Positions 57,608-64,000 of a stretch of 64,000 nucleotides of DNA are shown here, piece by piece. Below the pieces are notes generated by a model. That model ran no database searches. It was not told the origin of the DNA and saw only the letters and a program-made list of their open reading frames with translations. Both the position numbers and the translations under genes were made by a program. Source of the stretch: Candidatus Micrarchaeota archaeon CG1_02_47_40 (GTDB lineage: Archaea > Micrarchaeota > Micrarchaeia > Anstonellales > CG1-02-47-40); contig MNVE01000016.1 in NCBI GenBank assembly GCA_001871475.1, positions 133,343-197,342 of the forward strand, read 5' to 3'. The number at the start of each line of letters is the position of its first letter. Position 1 is the first letter of the stretch.

Positions 57608-59362
57608 TTACTCCTCTTCCTTGTAGTTGTAATACTCTCCTTTCTCTTTTTGCTTTCGGTCCATCACCGAATCCGGCTTGTTTATTCTCGGCCTTCCCGT
57701 ATCCTTATCCCTTCTCATTGTAACATTCATGGAGCGCAGGAAGGAGTTCATTCCCTCTTTTTTCTTCTTGGGTGCGGGTGCGTGCCCGCGCACGGAAGAT
57801 TCGCCCTCAAATACCATTAAGCGGGAAGAGATGGAATCAAGCAGGACAACGTCGTGGTCTATTACGAATGCGCTGGAAGAGGAGTTTTCCACCAGACTGC
57901 GCAGCAAATGGGAGAAATGCAGGCGCTGCTCCACATCCAAAAAAGCAGAAGGCTCGTCCAGAAGGTATAAATCCGCCTCTTGGGAGAGGCAGAATGTAAT
58001 GGCAACCCTTTGCAGCTCCCCTCCTGAAAGATGCACAATCTTCCTTTCAAGCAGTGGGGCAATCCCTAACCTTCTCTTTGCCTCCTCAAAAAATGCCGAG
58101 TTCAGCTTGCGCGAGGAGAAGAATTCCCCTACTGTGTCATTCCCGCCTGCCTTTATGTACTGTGGCTTGTAGGAGAGGGTGATTTTTGGAAGGGATGCAC
58201 CATTATCAGCTTTCTCCACTCCTGCGAGCATTTTCACAAACAGCGTTTTTCCTATTGCATTTTTTCCAGCAATGCCTATTATTTCCCCTTCCCTTATCTC
58301 CCCTTCTTCAGAGGAGAATGAGAAGCCTGGAAATTTTTTGGAGAAGGCAGGATAGGAAAGCTTTGTTCGGCTTTTCCTCTCCCCTTCGGAGGTTTGCGAG
58401 AAGTTTATTTCAGTTTCCCTAAAGCGCAGATTCTCATCCTTTAAGTATCCCTGCAAATACTCGTTTATGCCGCTTCGCGCATTCTTTGCCCCTGAAACAA
58501 CCCCGTATGCGTTCTCCTCCCCGAAAAATACATACACGTAATCCGAGAGGTAATCAAGCACTGCCAAATCGTGCTCCACCACCATCACCTGCTTTTTTTC
58601 AGACAGTTCCTTTAGCGCAAGCGCGCAAGCCAATCTTTGCTCTATATCTAGGTAGGAGGCAGGCTCGTCAAAGTAATACACGTCCGCATCGCGCAGGCAG
58701 GCGGCGGCGATTGCGACTCTCTGCAGCTCCCCGCCTGAAAGGGTGGAAACGTCCTTTTCAAGCACTTCGGAGAGGGAAAATTTCTTTACCGCTTCCTCAA
58801 AAGCGCCCCTCTCATCCACTTTTTTCAGGAGCGGTTTCACCTTTCCCTTTATTGTATCGGGTATTTTATCCACATTCTGGGGCTTGTAGGAAATGCTTTT
58901 TGAAGGGGAGGAGAGGAAGTTTTTGAGGGCGATGCCAAGAGAAGAAGGAAGAAGGGTTTTTCCTTTCTCCTTATAATTTCCGAAATTAGGCGTAATGCTT
59001 CCCGAAAGTATTTTCAGCGCGGTTGATTTTCCTATCCCATTTTTGCCTATCAGTCCCGTTACTCCCTTTTGCGGAAGGGGCAAGTTGTACAGGCGGAAGG
59101 AATTTACTCCATACTGGTGAAGAAGCGTGCCGGTTTCCTGCGCAAGGTTGATTATTTTTATGCATTTGACAGGGCATTTTTTTGGGCAGATTCCGCAGCC
59201 CGTGCAGAGGATTTCGGAAATGACTGGGAAGCCGTCCTCCCCTACTTTAATGGTTTCATCGCCCATCTTCACGCCTGGGCAGACGTTCATGCACACGTAG
59301 CCGCATTTCTTGTTCGTGCAGAGGGAGCGGTCTATTATTGCGATGCGTTTTGTTTTTTTCAT
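57608..59362 (-). CDS. abcE1: ABCE1/RLI ribosome-recycling ABC ATPase
   Basis: From ATG 59362: MKKTKRIAIIDRSLC, two 4Fe-4S motifs (CTNKKCGYVCMNVCP, CTGCGICPKKCP), two ABC cassettes (LSGGELQRV x2). Confidence 0.9.
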   Translation of the reverse strand: MKKTKRIAIIDRSLCTNKKCGYVCMNVCPGVKMGDETIKVGEDGFPVISEILCTGCGICPKKCPVKCIKIINLAQETGTLLHQYGVNSFRLYNLPLPQKGVTGLIGKNGIGKSTALKILSGSITPNFGNYKEKGKTLLPSSLGIALKNFLSSPSKSISYKPQNVDKIPDTIKGKVKPLLKKVDERGAFEEAVKKFSLSEVLEKDVSTLSGGELQRVAIAAACLRDADVYYFDEPASYLDIEQRLACALALKELSEKKQVMVVEHDLAVLDYLSDYVYVFFGEENAYGVVSGAKNARSGINEYLQGYLKDENLRFRETEINFSQTSEGERKSRTKLSYPAFSKKFPGFSFSSEEGEIREGEIIGIAGKNAIGKTLFVKMLAGVEKADNGASLPKITLSYKPQYIKAGGNDTVGEFFSSRKLNSAFFEEAKRRLGIAPLLERKIVHLSGGELQRVAITFCLSQEADLYLLDEPSAFLDVEQRLHFSHLLRSLVENSSSSAFVIDHDVVLLDSISSRLMVFEGESSVRGHAPAPKKKKEGMNSFLRSMNVTMRRDKDTGRPRINKPDSVMDRKQKEKGEYYNYKEEE

Positions 59363-59430
59363 GGGAAAAACCCTTTGAGGTAAGGTATTCGCGTTTTTGT
59401 TTAAATAGTTAAGCGGGGGGGAATTTTGCG

Positions 59431-59536
59431 GAGGTTTAGTTAACATTTTTGTGAAAATTGTTAAGTCAGGTTAACAGTTTTTTGGATTTTGTTAAGTTGA
59501 GTTAATAGTTTTTGGGATTTTGTTAAGTTAAAGCGC
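59431..59536. repeat. ~3.5 tandem copies of a ~31-bp unit (TTTTGTTAAGTT..GTTAAyAGTTTTT)
   Basis: gaggtttagttaacatttttgt / gaaaattgttaagtcaggttaacagttttttg / gattttgttaagttgagttaatagtttttg / ggattttgttaagttaaagcgc. Confidence 0.55.
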
Positions 59537-59695
59537 TATTCTCCTCAAAACGACCTTTTTGTCCCTTCCTTCGTCCAAAATTTCAACCGAAACGTATTCG
59601 CCCTGCTTCCAGCCCAAAATCTTTGCCTCCTGCGATAAAAAGACGGCGATTCCCTCTCCTACTTTTGAAAGCTTCTTGACGCTTTTTTGAGCCAT
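59528..59695 (-). CDS. small swapped-hairpin (AbrB/SpoVT-like) DNA-binding protein candidate
   Basis: From ATG 59695: MAQKSVKKLSKVGEGIAVFLSQEAKILGWKQGEYVSVEILDEGRDKKVVLRRIAL, a beta-rich fold resembling AbrB/MazE. Confidence 0.4.
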   Translation of the reverse strand: MAQKSVKKLSKVGEGIAVFLSQEAKILGWKQGEYVSVEILDEGRDKKVVLRRIAL

Positions 59696-59715
59696 GAATA
59701 AGGGATTATAGATTA

Positions 59716-60360
59716 TTGAATTTAAACAAGCTATATAATTTATATAGGTTATGTATAAACAATAAAGCAAGAGGTGGGGGAATGAGAGGGATTTTTATTT
59801 TATTGGTGATGGGCGTTCTTCTGCTGGCGACTTTTGGTTGCGTTCAAGTAGATACAAAACACGACATAAAGACAGATGGTACGGATTACACCGTTCTCAA
59901 AATTTACAAAACTGGACTACTGATGGCAGGCATCAACTGTGAATCATTCAAATCTATGGCAAGAAGTTATTCTGCAAATTTGACTCAAGAACAACTAGAT
60001 AAGATAGAAAATATGCCTTGTAGAGAAACAGATTCAGCAATCTTCTTAGAAGGCAGCATATCGCTTAATGAAAATGACAACCTGAAAGAGACAGAAAGAA
60101 ACGGTAAGACTTATTTCAGATTTGAAGAGGAGGCCAACCCCGTTATGGAAACTACTGTCAAAATGCCGAGCAAAGTTATATCGCATAATGGGCAGGTTGT
60201 AGATGATTATACTGTGATTTTCCTGCGTGGAGATGTTGGTTTGTTTGATACTGGAAAAAAAATCCGATATGTAGAAGCCGAAAAACCGTCAAATTCATGC
60301 TGTTTGCCATTAATCATAATCGGTTTTGCATCTACGTTTGTTTTTCTAAGGAAAAATTAA
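59716..60360 (+). CDS. secreted/lipoprotein-like hypothetical protein
   Basis: Signal peptide MRGIFILLVMGVLLLATFGC and a C-terminal hydrophobic anchor. Confidence 0.5.
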   Translation: MNLNKLYNLYRLCINNKARGGGMRGIFILLVMGVLLLATFGCVQVDTKHDIKTDGTDYTVLKIYKTGLLMAGINCESFKSMARSYSANLTQEQLDKIENMPCRETDSAIFLEGSISLNENDNLKETERNGKTYFRFEEEANPVMETTVKMPSKVISHNGQVVDDYTVIFLRGDVGLFDTGKKIRYVEAEKPSNSCCLPLIIIGFASTFVFLRKN

Positions 60361-60389
60361 ACTGTTCGTAAGCAAAAGAGGTGGTTTAA

Positions 60390-60656
60390 ATGAATGGCGT
60401 TTTGTTTGTTTTAGCGTTTATTGCACTGCTTGGTTGCAGTGGACTTTTTTCCACGCCGAAATATCTATCTGAAAATGCAACTGTTTCTAAGTCAGAAGCC
60501 TTGCATTATTGCAAATCAAAGGTAGAGGAATGCACGGATGTGCCGACACTTGTCACGGCTTACAAGTCAGGTTGTGACATAACATATCAAAATACTGGAG
60601 AAAATGCTGGTACAAAAAAACTAATAGGGTATGCCAACTCTTTGTGCAAAGAATAA
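60390..60656 (+). CDS. small secreted hypothetical protein (4 Cys)
   Basis: Signal peptide MNGVLFVLAFIALLGCSG. Confidence 0.45.
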   Translation: MNGVLFVLAFIALLGCSGLFSTPKYLSENATVSKSEALHYCKSKVEECTDVPTLVTAYKSGCDITYQNTGENAGTKKLIGYANSLCKE

Positions 60657-60661
60657 GATAT

Positions 60662-61864
60662 TCAATACAAAAACCCCGCCAGATAAAGCGGAATCCTCCT
60701 CTCCTCAAATGTTATGCCCTCCTCAAAAATAAAGTCCGGGTTCTGCCTGAAATTCTTTGAGCTTCCGCCTATCTCAATTTTCTTCCCGCCAAAGAGGAAA
60801 TCCGGGGTTTTCTCCCCTCTTTTTCCCTTCAGGTAGCAGGTCTTTTCAGCATGGGAAACGAAAAATTCCTCGCGCAGCGAGCCTGCGTCGGGAGAAACCG
60901 ACAGTGAGGAGCAGATGAAGTGCCGCAGGGGCGGCGCAAGGTAAAGCTTCGGCTCCTTTCTTGCCGCTGCCTTGCCGCAGGGAAGGACTCGTAAAACCAC
61001 GCCGATTTTCACAAGGCAGTCTATGGCGCTTATTACCGAAGGTTTTGAAAGTGAAACCTTTGAGGCAAGGGAGGAATAGCTTGCCTCTCCTGGAGGGGAA
61101 AGGGCGATTCGCTGAATGAGTTTGTAAAGCTCCTGCTCCGTCGCAACCTCAATCCCGCGCAAGTAAGCCATGTCCATCCTTATGGTCTTGTCAAGGGCGC
61201 TTTCAACCGCCTTATAGAAAAACTGCTCGTCGGAAGAAGGATAAAGCAATCCTCCCAATCTGCAATATTCCGCAAAAAAAGCCGCCGTGGAACTTGTTTT
61301 TTCTATAATCTCTTTTCTCTTTTGAAAATCGAACAATTCCGCTTGAGGTATTGCTTCGTGCGGCATTCCTTTTTTTATTGCAAGATATTCGCGGAAGGAA
61401 AGGGGGTTGAGCTTGTAAATGAGCGCCCTGCGCGAGAGGTCCGCCCCTCCACGTATCTCAAGCGCGGATGAGCCTGAAAAGAAAACCCTGGCAAGCCCTT
61501 CATCATACGCGGTTTTGAGGCTTTCTTTCCATTCCTTTTTGTAATGTATTTCATCTATGAAGAGATTTTTGTAGCCCCGCTCGGAGCAGAATCTTATAAG
61601 CTCGTATAAATCCTCTCCTGCAAGGTAATGCGCGTCTGCAGAGAGGTATAGGGGATTTTGCGCCTTTCCGGCAAGCTGTAAGAGAAGCACTGTCTTTCCT
61701 ATCCCCCGAAGCCCGCATACTCCGCAGAAGAAGCCTTCAGGCACCCTGGCAAGAGTATTGTAAAGGTATCGTTTGTGTGGGTATTTCACAGCTTCGTTTA
61801 TCAGGTTGCGGCTGTTAATCAGCACTCTTGAGAAAAGAGCTTCGTCCATGCTTTTCTTTTGCAA
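60662..61864 (-). CDS. AAA+ ATPase of the AAA_14/DUF4143 family
   Basis: GLRGIGKTVLLL Walker A, LFIDEIHY Walker B, C-terminal DUF4143-like region. 400 aa. Confidence 0.7.
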   Translation of the reverse strand: MQKKSMDEALFSRVLINSRNLINEAVKYPHKRYLYNTLARVPEGFFCGVCGLRGIGKTVLLLQLAGKAQNPLYLSADAHYLAGEDLYELIRFCSERGYKNLFIDEIHYKKEWKESLKTAYDEGLARVFFSGSSALEIRGGADLSRRALIYKLNPLSFREYLAIKKGMPHEAIPQAELFDFQKRKEIIEKTSSTAAFFAEYCRLGGLLYPSSDEQFFYKAVESALDKTIRMDMAYLRGIEVATEQELYKLIQRIALSPPGEASYSSLASKVSLSKPSVISAIDCLVKIGVVLRVLPCGKAAARKEPKLYLAPPLRHFICSSLSVSPDAGSLREEFFVSHAEKTCYLKGKRGEKTPDFLFGGKKIEIGGSSKNFRQNPDFIFEEGITFEERRIPLYLAGFLY

Positions 61865-61887
61865 GCGAGAGTATTTAAATGTTGCGT

Positions 61888-62020
61888 TTTGTAAAGCAGA
61901 CTTAACAAAATGTCAGCATATTGTAAAGCAGAATTGACAAAATGAAGGAAAGGAGTGCTGATTGTAAAGTAGAGCTTACAAAATGCAGGCTTATTGTAAA
62001 GCAGGCTTGACAAATTGCAT
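61888..62020. repeat. 4 tandem copies of a 33-41 bp unit TTGTAAAGCAGnnTTGACAAAATG
   Basis: ttgtaaagcagacttaacaaaatg / ttgtaaagcagaattgacaaaatg / ttgtaaagtagagcttacaaaatg / ttgtaaagcaggcttgacaaattg. Confidence 0.65.
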
Positions 62021-63057
62021 TACCGTATCTTGAACCTTAGAATTGCCGCCAGCCCGCTAAAGCCGGCTAATTTCTCGCCAGGAGGGGTTTCCTCGGAGAA
62101 GATGTGCAATTTTGCGCCTGCCTTTTCCGCCCCCTCAACTATTTTTTCAACATCCTTTCTTTTGCGCAAAACGGAATCCAACACAAGTAAATCGGAAATG
62201 GCAGAGTATTCTATTGCTTTTTTAACATCCTCAACGCCCCAGGCTGCCAGCCCCTTCTCCCTTGCAACGTATTCGGTGAATTTTTCTATTAACTGCGACT
62301 GCAGTTCTATCTCGTTTTCCTGCGCAATTTTTGCAACTGTTCCTCTTGCCAGCAGTTCGGAAATGCCGCTTCTCTCCGCATAGGAAACGGAATCAAATGT
62401 TATGCGTTTCAGCAGTTGCGGCGCCTTCATGGAAATAAACTTTTTTATATTATCTTTTGTAAATCCCGGCCCTGCGATGATTATTTTCTCTGCTTTTGCC
62501 TTTTCCAGCAATGCCATGATATTTCCATAATACTCGCTTTGTTTTTGGGAAAATTTTTCATCCCTTTTGGAAGCCCTGCTTTCTATTTCCACGCCCCAGG
62601 AGATGCCTATTCCGGTAAGGGTTGCAAAAAGCGCCTTCTCATCATCAAGCACAAGCATTTCCACTTTGGGCTTTTTTGACTCGCGCACCGCTTTCTTTAA
62701 TCTCTCTATTTGGTAATTCTTCCACTCCTTTTTTATTGAGAAGGGAAAGCCCGTCTCCACATCAATTGTGTGGTATTGCCCCCTCTGCACGTATTCTTCA
62801 GGGGTGCCGGAGATGATTTTTCCGGTAATGCGCAGTCTGTTTAATTCCTGCGAGAACTCTATTTTCTCCGCTTCAAGCTCTATATCTACCATTACCTTCT
62901 GCCCTGCGTCGTTCTCCGAGGGCTTCCAGCGCCTCCATGTCTTTGAGAGGATATGGTCGGGGCTAACAAGGACTCGCTCTATATGGTAGAGGTCTTCTGT
63001 GTTTTCGGGAATGAGTTTCAGTATCCCTTCCCTGAGGTTGGTTTTCAGTATTTTCAT
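62020..63057 (-). CDS. pelA: Pelota/Dom34 ribosome-rescue factor
   Basis: 345 aa with an N-terminal beta-barrel domain and an eRF1-like central/C-terminal domain (...LAGFSGLAAILRF). Confidence 0.85.
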   Translation of the reverse strand: MKILKTNLREGILKLIPENTEDLYHIERVLVSPDHILSKTWRRWKPSENDAGQKVMVDIELEAEKIEFSQELNRLRITGKIISGTPEEYVQRGQYHTIDVETGFPFSIKKEWKNYQIERLKKAVRESKKPKVEMLVLDDEKALFATLTGIGISWGVEIESRASKRDEKFSQKQSEYYGNIMALLEKAKAEKIIIAGPGFTKDNIKKFISMKAPQLLKRITFDSVSYAERSGISELLARGTVAKIAQENEIELQSQLIEKFTEYVAREKGLAAWGVEDVKKAIEYSAISDLLVLDSVLRKRKDVEKIVEGAEKAGAKLHIFSEETPPGEKLAGFSGLAAILRFKIR

Positions 63058-63494
63058 AGGAATTGCACTTTGAGTCTTTTTTCTATTTCACTGAAGAATT
63101 TTTCCGCAGTTTCTATCGCGCTTTTTGCCTCATATTCTGAAATTGAGCCTGCCTTCTCATAAACTGAAATGTGCCGCTTCTTCCTCATCTGCTCGAAAAG
63201 CCTTGTTTCGTTTGGAAGTTTTGCGCCTAATTTTACCTCTGCGTATTCCACTGCCGTTTTGTGCGGCTCATCCCCTTTTGCGGCGTAACCCTCCGCAAAC
63301 ATGAGCGCCCTTGTTGATTGCAGCATTGCATTGTATGCGACTGAAAAAGCCCAGTCGCAGTCCTCTGAAAGCAGCTTCTTGGCGGTTTTTATGTCCCTTT
63401 TGGCAGCAGTTAGGCATTCCTGTGCCTGCTGTAAATCTGGCTTTATCTGCCTTGCCTTGTTCTCACGAAGCAAATCGCTTAAATTCATCCTCAT
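63054..63494 (-). CDS. HEPN-domain protein (module 2)
   Basis: 146 aa helical protein. Overlaps the upstream NTase by 32 nt and Pelota by 4 nt. Confidence 0.6.
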   Translation of the reverse strand: MRMNLSDLLRENKARQIKPDLQQAQECLTAAKRDIKTAKKLLSEDCDWAFSVAYNAMLQSTRALMFAEGYAAKGDEPHKTAVEYAEVKLGAKLPNETRLFEQMRKKRHISVYEKAGSISEYEAKSAIETAEKFFSEIEKRLKVQFL

Positions 63495-64000
63495 CGCCTA
63501 TCAGCATTATTTTTTTATCTGCAAGCACCCTGCGCAAAAAACCCTCCTTCTTTCTCCGGAGGAATTCCGCCGATGGGTAGATGGAGTAGTTTATTTCCCT
63601 AGCTGTTTTTCTTTCTATCTTTTGCACGAGGCGGCTTATTTCATCCATTTTCGCATCGCCTATAATCATTAAATCTATGTCGCTTTTCGCCCCCTCGTCG
63701 CCTCTTGCTGCCGAGCCGTATATAAACGCAAAATGCGCACCGCCGATTTTTGCAAACTCATCCACAAGCTGGCTTCCAAGCCCTTCCGTTTTGAGAATTA
63801 TGCGTCTTAATTCCTCATAAAGCGGGTTCTGCCTGTTTGCGGAGTAATAAATGAGGTTGCCTTCCCTTCTGGTTACTAAAAAGCCTCCTTCCTGGAGATT
63901 TTTCAGTTCTGCCCAAACCTCATTAGTCTGCGCAGAGAGCGCCCTTGCAAGAGAGCGCGCGTAAAAACTGCCGTGCGGATTCGTAAAGAAAACAGATAGG
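63463..64000 (-). CDS. wHTH-fused minimal nucleotidyltransferase (module 2), 5'-truncated by window edge
   Basis: HFAFIYGSAARGDEGAKSDIDLMI NTase motif. The reading frame continues without a stop to nt 64000 and encodes an HTH-like segment (LVTRREGNLIYYSANRQNPLYEEL). Confidence 0.65.
   Translation of the reverse strand, partial: LSVFFTNPHGSFYARSLARALSAQTNEVWAELKNLQEGGFLVTRREGNLIYYSANRQNPLYEELRRIILKTEGLGSQLVDEFAKIGGAHFAFIYGSAARGDEGAKSDIDLMIIGDAKMDEISRLVQKIERKTAREINYSIYPSAEFLRRKKEGFLRRVLADKKIMLIGDEDEFKRFAS

Noticed and set aside
59431-62020. Possible CRISPR arrays at the tandem repeat loci 59431-59536 and 61888-62020
   Set aside because: Repeats are directly adjacent and degenerate, with no unique spacers of regular length and no cas genes in the window.
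1-64000. tRNA/rRNA genes
   Set aside because: No segment with recognisable tRNA cloverleaf features (conserved GTTC..A T-loop plus acceptor pairing) or rRNA-like conservation was found by eye in the intergenic regions. A tRNAscan/Infernal run would be needed to be sure.

Overview
The window reads as an archaeal chromosomal segment of about 50% GC. Purine-rich Shine-Dalgarno (GGAGGTG-like) motifs precede several genes and archaeal TATA-like boxes sit in intergenic regions. Core archaeal markers are ORC1/Cdc6, an intein-containing Cdc48/VCP AAA ATPase, Bud32 kinase, archaeal-type phosphoglycerate kinase, tRNA-splicing endonuclease, TYW1/Taw1, Pelota, ABCE1, deoxyhypusine synthase, a DGGGP-synthase-like UbiA prenyltransferase and class-III-signal-peptide pilins. 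Housekeeping metabolism includes glmS, pheA plus aroC, a GDH-like dehydrogenase and a HAD phosphatase. A copper homeostasis cluster (cupredoxin-like protein, two HMA proteins, CopA) sits next to a membrane-anchored wHTH regulator. The accessory content is large. Toxin-antitoxin modules include two HEPN/MNT pairs, a RelE/RHH pair and two AbiEi/AbiEii pairs. An Arch_ATPase-type standalone ATPase and a two-ORFan cassette each lie on low-GC islets. There are two operons of giant ORFan proteins (1291+514+979 aa and 161+690+705+1437 aa), a 12x cysteine-rich tandem-repeat lipoprotein next to an NHL-repeat surface protein, and an NrdR homolog. The most unusual non-coding signals are two dense arrays of short GC-rich hairpins with TTGAC...GTCAA-type arms next to the second AbiE module. 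A 41-nt double-hairpin unit recurs at three loci with compensatory stem changes. Complex direct-repeat blocks of about 230-340 bp flank that AbiE module and abut the 3' end of the giant-protein operon. Several tandem-repeat arrays lie in promoter-proximal intergenic regions. No rRNA, tRNA or CRISPR array was recognised by eye.
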